The position numbers and the translations under genes were made by a program. DNA of 64,000 bases from an uncultured Spirochaetota bacterium (lineage in GTDB: Bacteria > Spirochaetota > Brevinematia > Brevinematales > JAOACQ01). The DNA is taken from assembly GCA_963783575.1 (NCBI GenBank), contig CAWAOD010000016.1, positions 128,001-192,000 on the forward strand, written 5' to 3'. The stretch's first letter is position 1. The number at the start of each line of letters is the position of its first letter. The notes beneath the pieces are model-generated. The model was given only the letters and a program-made list of their open reading frames with translations. It made no database searches and was not told the origin of the DNA. Below, one piece after another: positions 10,221 to 18,620 of this stretch.

Positions 10221-12461
10221 TGTTTTATTACCGTTAGGTTAGATAGAAAATTACCGCTCATGCTCTGGACCCCGAATTTATCGAATTTAACCTTAATCAT
10301 TTTTTCCGAAACATATGTCACTTTTCCCGCACCGAATTGCCTGTGCTTTATTGTATCACCGACAACCAGGTCCGATAACGATTCAACCTCTGTTTCATTC
10401 CCGGATATAGAACCGGATTGCCCTTTATAATCCATATCATCAAAATCTTGCGGTTCTTCCGGCTTAAAACTTTTAGAATTCATATTCATTTTATAAGATT
10501 TAACTGAGGCGATTGGAATTCCCGCCGAATTGTTTCTTGTATAAATATTTTCCTTAAGATTATTTGGAATGTCTTTTAAAAACCTCGAAGGCAGAGAGCT
10601 AATCACTTCGCCGTATTTCAAGCGGGTCTCCGGGTAAGAAATATAAAGCTTATCCTTCGCGCGCGTAATCGCGACATAAAAAAGCCTTCGTTCCTCGTTC
10701 TGCTCTCTTTCCGACATACATGAAGATGCGTGGGGTATTAGTCCGTCAACCGCACCGCTGATGAAAACCACAGGGAATTCAAGCCCCTTGGCATTATGCA
10801 TAGTCATAAGCGAAACGAAATCGGTATCCTGTTCCTGCACGAGGCTGTCAACTCCTGTTTGAAGAGTTACTTCATTCAAGAAATCCGCTATAAAAGTTCC
10901 GGGCCGGTCCGTTTCAAATTCCTTAATTGAATTTATTAATTCCTCAACGTTTGACCACCTGTCCAGACCGTCTTCATCAAAGCTTAATATATAATTCTTG
11001 TAGCCGATTGAGTCGATAAGGATTTTTACAAAATTTGCGGGAGTGATTTTTTCTATACTTTCATGCAGTTCTTTCATTACCTGGCCAAGCTCTTTTATAG
11101 ATTGAACGGCACTCTTATTCATTCCAGTAACAGCCTCAATATTTAGCAGAGCCTCTATTAAACCGGTATTCATTCCATCGGCAAATTGTTTGATTTTATC
11201 CCTGCCTGTTTCACCGATCTTTCGCTTCGGGACATTGATTATCCGGTCAAAAGAAGCGCTGTCGTAAGGATTGATGATTATCTTTATATAGGCCAATATA
11301 TCCTTTATTTCCTTTCTATCATAAAATTTTTGTCCGCCGAATATTTTATATGGAATATTATACGAAAGGAGTCTCCTCCTCAAATAGGCGTGATTGTGCG
11401 TTTGTTCTGTAAAATACCGCAAAATCCCTGCAATTCCTCTGAGAAAGCTGGTTATCGATAATATTTACAATAACTTTTGCTTCTTCCCTATCCGTATAAG
11501 TCTCGATTATATGTATTTTATCCTCAGACCGCCTTTCCGTCCAGAGCTTTTTTTCCATCCTTCCCGGGATCTTGTCAACAACGCCGTTTGCCGCATTTAA
11601 AATAACCTCGGTTGAGCGGTAATTCTGCTCAAGAGCTATGACCTTTGCTTCGTACCTATCCTTAAAATCGTAGATATTGTCAACATTCGCCCCGCGCCAT
11701 CCGTAAATTGACTGGTCGTCATCGCCCACAACGCAGATATTCCTGTTTTCTCCGCAAATCAGATTAATCAGTCCATACTGGGAAGAATTCGTGTCCTGAA
11801 ATTCGTCAACCATTACATATTGCCAGAGTTCTCTGTAATATTTTAAAATTTCCGGATTTTCCTCGAATATCCTGATGGGAAGTATTATCAGATCCGGAAA
11901 ATCCACGGCGCGGTTTTTCCGCAGAATACTCTCATATTTCCTATATACCTGAAGAGTGTTGTTGTCAAATGCAGAAATTTTTATTCTGTCAAACTCGTCA
12001 GCAGATATTTGCGAATCTTTAAGGCTTGATATTTTTTCCGCTATTCCAGCCGGATTGAAAGATTCCGGATTGATCCCCATATCTTTCATTATTGTCTTAA
12101 CCAGATTTCTGGAGTCGGTATCATCGTAAATGACAAAATCCCTTGGATAACCTATAGCCCCGGAATTGCTCCTGATTATTATAACACCCATCGAATGAAA
12201 TGTTCTAATCCAGGCATTTCTAGTATCGACACCTGTTAACAACGATATTCTTTCCTTCATCTCCCCTGCCGCTTTATTTGTAAATGTAACAGAGAGAATA
12301 TTATTAAGTCTGAGATTTTTCTCACGGAGTAAATATGCAAAACGGTGCGTTATTACCCTTGTCTTGCCTGAACCGGCACCGGCAAGCACCAGCAAAGCGC
12401 CTTTGGTATAAAGAACGGCTTCTCTTTGTTTATTATTGAGCGGATCTAAAATGGGGTCCAT
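10214..12461 (-). CDS. pcrA: ATP-dependent DNA helicase PcrA/UvrD, interrupted by a 1-nt frameshift near 11375
   Basis: N-half: LAGAGSGKT, TFTNKAA, VDEFQDTN, VGDDDQSIYGWRGA, LEQNYRS, YRTNAQSR. C-half: GGQKFYDRKEIKD, MTMHNAKGLEF, EERRLFYVAITRA and C-terminal HRQFGAG. Removing one G from GAGGAGGAGACTC restores FEERLLSYNIPY (748 aa). Confidence 0.93.
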
Positions 12462-12952
12462 AATTAATCCTTAATTATTAAATCAAAAATACAGTAAATC
12501 GGTTACAGCTTAAAAAATAAAAAACCGATAAGTATTATAAACTGATTTTGTTGAATAATCAATGAAGAAAAGATACGGCTGTCAGATCTGAGCTTAATTA
12601 ATTTTAACGTTAATGATAATTTTATTGATTTTTTATGAAATTAATAATAGTTAAAATTATTCAATATTTTTAATTTATTTAAGAAAATACAAAAAATATT
12701 TTTTATTCAAAAATAAAATATTATCATATGGGAAATAATTTTTTAGTATATACTTTATTTTATTGGCACATATAGGTTTAGTTATTTATTCTTATTGATG
12801 ATTTTAATAAGAATTAATTAATTCGGATTTTATAAGATAAATCATTATCTATTAAAAATTTTACTTTTTTTTAGAAATAATTATAATATTGTATAGTCAT
12901 TTATTATAGTATAATTTGTAAAGTAATTATAATATCTACGGGGGATATTAAT
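12462..12952. other. Extremely AT-rich divergent intergenic region
   Basis: About 490 bp; for example only 4 G/C in 60 nt at 12661-12720. Confidence 0.8.
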
Positions 12953-13540
12953 ATGATTAACAAAAAAAAACCGTTAGACCTTAAGGATCCGAGAGTAGTA
13001 GAGCTTTTGTCAAAGAAGACGCCCGCCGAGTATATTGATGCCTGTGTTAATAGTAAGCTGTCATCCGGCGATAAAATGAAGATAACACCTATCTGGTTGA
13101 AGATGACCGGGTTTGTTATCGAGGATGTACAGTATGCCAGGAATAGGCATCCATACTGGAAAGAAAAGAAAATGAAAAATTCTCTTGAGCGGAATAAAGC
13201 CAGGATTGAAAAATATAATTACAGTGACGGTTCAAGGAAAAGGTGGGGAGAAGAAGAGTTGGATGTTTTCCTTGACCTTAACAATGATCATACCGACAGG
13301 GATCTGGCGAAATATTTCGGCCGCACAATCCCTTCCATACAATATGTACGCAGACGTATAAGCCTTGCGCACCGAATCTTCAAAATGAACGGCATAAAAA
13401 AAGTGCACAAATCTTCCCTGCTCAAAAAGATACTAAAGGATGAAAAGCTTTTAAGGGAAGAGGCGCTTGGATTGGAAAACGGCTATAAAGAAAACACTAA
13501 GATTACCAAGAAAACAAAAAAAACTAAAAGAAAAAAATAG
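12953..13540 (+). CDS. Basic hypothetical protein with a Myb/HTH-like segment and Lys-rich tail
   Basis: RWGEEELDVFLDL..TDRDLAKYFGRTIPSIQYVRRR; C-terminus KITKKTKKTKRKK; GGGGA RBS. Confidence 0.7.
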   Translation: MINKKKPLDLKDPRVVELLSKKTPAEYIDACVNSKLSSGDKMKITPIWLKMTGFVIEDVQYARNRHPYWKEKKMKNSLERNKARIEKYNYSDGSRKRWGEEELDVFLDLNNDHTDRDLAKYFGRTIPSIQYVRRRISLAHRIFKMNGIKKVHKSSLLKKILKDEKLLREEALGLENGYKENTKITKKTKKTKRKK

Positions 13541-13566
13541 TAAATCAATTGAATTTTGAAAAACCT

Positions 13567-13604
13567 TTGACTTTTATATTTTTATATCGTATTATTTTGA
13601 TATA
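13567..13604 (+). promoter_or_regulatory. sigma70 promoter overlapped by a probable ArsR-family operator
   Basis: TTGACT (13567) -17- TATTAT (13590); inverted repeat TATATC-N10-GATATA (13583-13604) straddles the -10. Confidence 0.65.
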
Positions 13605-13626
13605 GAGATGTTTTGAGGTTATTCGA

Positions 13627-13893
13627 ATGGATTTTGATAAGGTCAGCGATGTTTTAAAGGCAATAGCGCATCCCATTCGCTTAAAAATATTGGCAGGATT
13701 ATCAGAAGCCAGCGAATGCAATGTTAATAAAATCGTTCAAATATTAAAGATACCGCAATCAACAGCTTCTCAGCATCTGGGGATTCTTAGGACAAGGGGT
13801 GTAATTTCTCAGAGAAAAGAAGGGGTTAAAGTTTGTTATAGCATTAAGGATCCTAAAATAACGGAAATTTTAAGCATATTTAATAAGAATTGA
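13627..13893 (+). CDS. ArsR/SmtB family transcriptional regulator
   Basis: LKAIAHPIRLKIL..ECNV..IPQSTASQHLGILR..VCYSI. Confidence 0.93.
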   Translation: MDFDKVSDVLKAIAHPIRLKILAGLSEASECNVNKIVQILKIPQSTASQHLGILRTRGVISQRKEGVKVCYSIKDPKITEILSIFNKN

Positions 13894-13964
13894 GGGCAGT
13901 GTTTTTATTGTTTTAATTCATCGCATTATTTGTATATATTGATTAAAAGAAAAAGGAGAATAAA

Positions 13965-14318
13965 ATGGAAAAATTGACAATAGATTCTTTCAAAACAAAA
14001 ATATTTGATTATGAGTCTAAAAAAGACTGGGAATATGTAGGCGAGCTTCCCAGTATAATAGACTTCTATGCAGATTGGTGCGGTCCCTGTAAGATGGTTA
14101 CTCCAATTCTGGAAGAATTGGCGAATGAATATTCGGGAAAATTGAATATATATAAGATCAATACGGATGAGCAGAATGAACTTGCCGCAATGTTTGGAAT
14201 TAGCAGCATCCCGTCTCTGCTTTTCATACCATTGAAGGAACAACCTCAAATGGCAGTAGGGGCATTGACAAAAGCGGGATTTCATAGTATTATTAAAAAT
14301 GTTTTACATTTAGAATAA
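13965..14318 (+). CDS. trxA: Thioredoxin
   Basis: IIDFYADWCGPCK active site; FGISSIPSL cis-Pro loop. Confidence 0.93.
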   Translation: MEKLTIDSFKTKIFDYESKKDWEYVGELPSIIDFYADWCGPCKMVTPILEELANEYSGKLNIYKINTDEQNELAAMFGISSIPSLLFIPLKEQPQMAVGALTKAGFHSIIKNVLHLE

Positions 14319-14332
14319 TTCAGGGGGTACTG

Positions 14333-14878
14333 ATGATTGGAAAAAATAAAGTTAATATTGCAATCGGTATTTTTATTATTATTATGATAATAATGGTATA
14401 TTCATGCAATAAGTTTAACGGCAGCAAAATTAAAATATCTCCGAAGGATGAGCAGTCTAATACTCAATTAGCTCCTGATTTTAGTGAAAATGACTTATCA
14501 GGCAAGAATACAATTTCTCTGTCTCAGTTAAGGGGGAAAATTGTTCTTCTTAATTTCTGGGCCACTTGGTGTCCGCCATGCAAGGCCGAAATTCCGGATT
14601 TTATTCGGCTGTACAGCGATAATAAAGATAAACTGATCATTATTGGCGCGTCGGTTGACGAAAATAAAAGCCTTGTTATACCATTTTTTAAAAGTATGAA
14701 AATGAATTATCCTGTAATTTATGCAACATCGGATATGATATCGGCTTACGGCGGAATCACGGCAATACCGACATCTTTTCTTATCAATCAAAAAGGGGAA
14801 ATTGTAAAAAAATTTGTGGGTTACAGGGATAAATCGGAATGGAGTAGCGAAATCAAGAACTTGCTGACAAATTTATAG
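14333..14878 (+). CDS. TlpA/ResA-family thiol-disulfide oxidoreductase (membrane-anchored or lipoprotein)
   Basis: N-terminal hydrophobic anchor ending VYSC; APDF, LLNFWATWCPPCKAEIP, IPTSFLIN. Confidence 0.92.
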   Translation: MIGKNKVNIAIGIFIIIMIIMVYSCNKFNGSKIKISPKDEQSNTQLAPDFSENDLSGKNTISLSQLRGKIVLLNFWATWCPPCKAEIPDFIRLYSDNKDKLIIIGASVDENKSLVIPFFKSMKMNYPVIYATSDMISAYGGITAIPTSFLINQKGEIVKKFVGYRDKSEWSSEIKNLLTNL

Positions 14879-14895
14879 GCAAATAAAACAATGGG

Positions 14896-15624
14896 TCAGG
14901 CTATTGCAGGAACGGCGCTATGAAAAAATTCTGTCATTTTATTTTCACATTTATGATAATGCACTATATCTTCCATTGAAATATATTTCTTATTTTCAAA
15001 ATATTCAAATATCTTTCTGACACGTGCTATATCATCCGGAGTGTCAACGGTTACCCTGATTTCGGGAGCATAATAAAGGCCGGTTGAAAGCGGTTCCAGG
15101 ACCTTAAATGAATCCCTGTTCTTGTATATAAAGGGTGTAACATGCTCCTGGTCATAGGCTGATTTTGTATTTCTATAAGAAAGGAATAATGCCTCTTTAT
15201 TAATGATTTCGACTCCGGTACCAAGCGGTATGCCAAGATAATGCGTTAAATCGGCTTCCGTATCCACATGGAGTTCAAGAGCCCTGTCCAGGAATTCAGG
15301 GCAGACAAGGGGATTGTCCCCGGTTGCCCTTATGATGATTTTTGATCCGTAAGCCTTTGAAGCCTGGTAATATCTCTCTAGAACATTCTTTTTACTTCCG
15401 ACAAAATATTTAACAAAATCATATGCCGATAGGGAATCCTTAATATCATCAATAGAATCCTCTGTAGTAGCAACTATTATGTTACGGATATATTTCGAAA
15501 GCGAAAGCCTTTCAATTATATGAGCGATTAACGGTTTACCGCCTATCTGCATTATAACCTTTTCCGGCAGTCTCTCGGAATCAAGCCTTGCCTGAACAAT
15601 AACATCTACTTCATCGGGAATCAT
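14896..15624 (-). CDS. SpsF-like cytidylyltransferase family protein
   Basis: IVQARLDSERLPEKV, NVLERY, IRATGDNP, EHVTPFI, RVTVDTPDD. Confidence 0.88.
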   Translation of the reverse strand: MIPDEVDVIVQARLDSERLPEKVIMQIGGKPLIAHIIERLSLSKYIRNIIVATTEDSIDDIKDSLSAYDFVKYFVGSKKNVLERYYQASKAYGSKIIIRATGDNPLVCPEFLDRALELHVDTEADLTHYLGIPLGTGVEIINKEALFLSYRNTKSAYDQEHVTPFIYKNRDSFKVLEPLSTGLYYAPEIRVTVDTPDDIARVRKIFEYFENKKYISMEDIVHYHKCENKMTEFFHSAVPAIA

Positions 15625-15649
15625 ATATCCTCCCCCGCTAATTTAATTA

Positions 15650-16612
15650 TTATTTTATGTCTCTATTTATTATCGAAAAAATTGTGAAATCCTCAACCGG
15701 TTTTGAAATATTATTTCTACGAATTTCTTTTGTCTTTTTCATAATATTATTTATAATCCCGATATTTTTTATTTTTAGTCTGAATAACGACCTGAAAATA
15801 ATACCGATAAGTTTCAAGACCCTTCCTTTAATAAGGTCTTTGTGAGTGATATTACTTAAATTAAACAGCAGATAATCTGGATTGTCAATATCTTTCGAGA
15901 TATCTCCTGCCGGACTTTTTAAGTAAACAGCTTTAAAGCCTCTGGCCTGTGTTATGATGTATCCCTCTTTCCAGAGTTTATACCCAAGTTCCAGAATTGT
16001 ATAAACCGGATCTTTATAATCCGATAATTCAATATCCCTTGAAATAACTGCATCCCTGTTCAGGATAAAACAGAAATATTTGGGATAAAGTGAGGAAATT
16101 GCCGTTCCTATAATGTCCGTTGATATTGTGTTGATAAAACCGTTCTTTACATTTCCCTTAACCACATTAGGTACAACTTCATTCTTCTCATCGCTTATAA
16201 GGGGAATCAGCATTCCGAAGCCGGATTCGGACAAATACATATTGAGAACCTCCAGGTTCATCGATTTAATTATAAAATCATCATCAATAAAAAGAATATT
16301 TTTAGAAAGGCTTTCCGAAATTGATATCGCAATTGCGTCTTTAATGGTAATTCTGTCGCCCGCCAATATTACCCGCATTACCGGAAAAGTGGAAAGAAGC
16401 CTATCATATTTATACCCCTCTTTTTCAAGATTCACAAGTATGAATTCGGCTTTTGACTTTGTTGTTGAAAGAAGTTGGTATATTGAATTTATTGTTTGAA
16501 CAGGATCGGAAAAACTGTGAACTATTAAGACAATAGATATGTCCATACTGATCTTTTTGCCATTGACCCTTGTTGAAAAATTTGATAATTCCGTATAAAC
16601 AGGAAGCTTCAT
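15650..16612 (-). CDS. Divergent GT2-fold glycosyltransferase-like protein
   Basis: DISIVLIV N-terminus, ILFIDDD (DxD) motif, ELGYKLWKEGY. Confidence 0.6.
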   Translation of the reverse strand: MKLPVYTELSNFSTRVNGKKISMDISIVLIVHSFSDPVQTINSIYQLLSTTKSKAEFILVNLEKEGYKYDRLLSTFPVMRVILAGDRITIKDAIAISISESLSKNILFIDDDFIIKSMNLEVLNMYLSESGFGMLIPLISDEKNEVVPNVVKGNVKNGFINTISTDIIGTAISSLYPKYFCFILNRDAVISRDIELSDYKDPVYTILELGYKLWKEGYIITQARGFKAVYLKSPAGDISKDIDNPDYLLFNLSNITHKDLIKGRVLKLIGIIFRSLFRLKIKNIGIINNIMKKTKEIRRNNISKPVEDFTIFSIINRDIK

Positions 16613-16792
16613 AAAAACTCCATGTTAGCCTATCACTAGTCGCTAGTTTATAATTAACAAATCATTTTTTAAATTCTATATATTTCTTTAACATTGCTAA
16701 ATATTAAAGACTAACGGCTAAAAAGCTAAATAAAAGTATATGGAATAATCATTAAAATTTCAACTTAATTTATTGTTTTTAGAAAAATGCCC

Positions 16793-17401
16793 TTATTTAA
16801 AAAGGTATTTAAACAGCATTTTTACCAGTTCATTTATATATTGCTCGATTTCATAATTATCTTCTGAAAGAGACGCTGCATGAACAATGTTTTCAGTAGC
16901 GCCGCTGATAATAAGCGAAGCCGCTTTTAAATTATCTGTTTTAATCCGGTCCTTATTTTTTTCAAGCATCATCATAACAAGTTTGCCGGTATCATTCTTC
17001 CAATCTGTCATAAGCTTATTTATTTCTGTGTCGTAAAACCTCATTGCCTCTATCTCCCTTTGAAAACCCGGTAATATCCTATGAGCTTCTACCAGATTGT
17101 TTATTAAAAGGTGAAGTATATTCTCATTGATGTTTTCGAGAAAAGAGGAAATTTCTTTCCCGATCTTTTCGGAAACCAACCTGTCATATTCCTTGACCGC
17201 TTCAAGAAAAATGTGTTTTTTATCTCTGAAATAGGCATAAAAACTTCCTATTGGCACACCTGCAAACCTTGAAATCTCATTCGAACTGGTTTTGTGATAA
17301 CCCTTCTCGGAAAAAAGCTTAATAGCGGCTTCCATTATACCCTTTCTGGTTTCAATGCCCCTTTCCTGGTGAGGTGTTCTTGCCTTATAATCTCCGGGCA
17401 T
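16793..17401 (-). CDS. TetR/AcrR family transcriptional regulator
   Basis: IMEAAIKLFSEKGYHKTSSNEISRFAGVPIGSFYAYFRDK HTH; ATG 17401 follows AAGGAG. Confidence 0.93.
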   Translation of the reverse strand: MPGDYKARTPHQERGIETRKGIMEAAIKLFSEKGYHKTSSNEISRFAGVPIGSFYAYFRDKKHIFLEAVKEYDRLVSEKIGKEISSFLENINENILHLLINNLVEAHRILPGFQREIEAMRFYDTEINKLMTDWKNDTGKLVMMMLEKNKDRIKTDNLKAASLIISGATENIVHAASLSEDNYEIEQYINELVKMLFKYLFK

Positions 17402-17461
17402 GATTTTCTCCTTCATTTGTATTATCATTTTAACTCATAAAATATCATCGGTTAAATAATC

Positions 17462-17532
17462 ATGAATATTTATTCATATTATTGACAAAAATTATTTCAC
17501 TTGCTAAAATAGTAATGTGAGTAAAAGCTCAT
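17462..17532 (+). promoter_or_regulatory. sigma70 promoter flanked by two related 16-bp palindromes (probable TetR operators)
   Basis: TTGACA (17482) -17- TAAAAT (17505); ATGAATATTTATTCAT (17462-17477) and GTGAGTAAAAGCTCAT (17517-17532). Confidence 0.7.
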
Positions 17533-17554
17533 AATAATTTATGGAGGCTTTATT

Positions 17555-18367
17555 ATGGATTTTTTGAATGAAATTCTTGTCTGTCCAAAGACAAAAAAAC
17601 CCCTGAAGGTGGATTGGGAAAAGAAGGTTGTATCTTCAAACGATGAAAACATACGATACCTGATAAAAGATAATATTATTGATTTTATACCGGATGTAAA
17701 AGATTATATAACGGAAACTTATGATTCCATATCACCTTTTTATGACAGAATGCTAACCGGGAAAAGCATTCCAACCAGATTATATAATATGCTGGTTTGG
17801 GGGATGGACGGCGGAGAATCTCCTGCAGAAAAACTCCTGAATTTATTTCCGGATTGCGCAGGTAAAATAATCATCGATATACCGGTCGGTACGGGGATTT
17901 TTACGGTAAATCTTTACAAAAAAATTAATGAAACTTCAAAAATAATAGCCATCGATTACTCCATTGAAATGCTGAAAAAGGCGAGGAAGTGCTATGAAGA
18001 AGCAGGCATTCATAATATTATTTATATCCGCGCCGATGTCGGAAATCTTCCATTTGTTGATGATGCCGCAGATATTCTACTTACAATGAACGGCTATCAT
18101 GCATTTCCCGAAAAGGAAAGGTCTTTAATGGAGATGGCAAGAGTTGTTAAATCCGGAGGCACTGTGCTCAGCTCTTTTTATGTCAAAGGAGAGAGATCTT
18201 TTACAGATTTTTTTATCAACAATGTCTATCGAAGGTCCGGATCATTTACGCCGCCGTTTTATAATTTAAAAGATATCAGGGAAAAATGGGGACATTATTT
18301 TGATTTCCGGCATTTTGGAAATATCAGATCGCATGCTCTTATTTCCGGAATTAAGAAAAATATTTAA
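17555..18367 (+). CDS. Class I SAM-dependent methyltransferase with a Trm112-like N-terminal segment
   Basis: ILVCPKTKKPL..YLIKDNIIDF; IIDIPVGTG, AIDYSIEML, ADVGNLPF, EMARVVKSGG. Confidence 0.88.
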   Translation: MDFLNEILVCPKTKKPLKVDWEKKVVSSNDENIRYLIKDNIIDFIPDVKDYITETYDSISPFYDRMLTGKSIPTRLYNMLVWGMDGGESPAEKLLNLFPDCAGKIIIDIPVGTGIFTVNLYKKINETSKIIAIDYSIEMLKKARKCYEEAGIHNIIYIRADVGNLPFVDDAADILLTMNGYHAFPEKERSLMEMARVVKSGGTVLSSFYVKGERSFTDFFINNVYRRSGSFTPPFYNLKDIREKWGHYFDFRHFGNIRSHALISGIKKNI

Positions 18368-18422
18368 GAAAATTGTTATGATTTTACGTTGAATTCTTTA
18401 TTACCCACTTATTATTCAAACT

Positions 18423-18620
18423 CAAGCAACAACTGGAACAGGATGTTCCATCAAAACTTTGTAATATAAATACCTACCGCCGAACATCAGTTCGGCAGCG
18501 TCACGACGGCGCACGTCCGCCAGGCCCAAGCAACTATGGAAACAGGATGTTCCATGATATCTTAACTTTTACACACCAGCCAGTGACGAACGCCAGTTCG
18601 CCAAGCAACACGATGTTGCA
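18423..18620. repeat. Cluster of short palindromic repeats between convergent genes
   Basis: CAAGCAAC x3 (18423, 18527, 18602); hairpins TGGAACA-GGA-TGTTCCA (18434-18450, near-copy at ~18537-18554), GCCGAAC-ATCA-GTTCGGC (18479-18496), CGAAC-GCCA-GTTCG and GCAACA-CGA-TGTTGC. Confidence 0.7.

Noticed and set aside
10214..12461. pcrA, thyX and the RM gene as true pseudogenes
   Set aside because: Each has a single repairable indel with otherwise intact motifs; assembly error is the simpler explanation.
12462..12952. Replication origin
   Set aside because: No TTATCCACA-like boxes found and no dnaA/dnaN/gidA context.
16621..16730. Weak heptamer periodicity (..CTAA) upstream of the GT2-like gene
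   Set aside because: Too degenerate to separate from AT-rich background.
18423..18620. Possible CRISPR array
   Set aside because: Repeats are short, unequal and irregularly spaced; no cas genes in the window.
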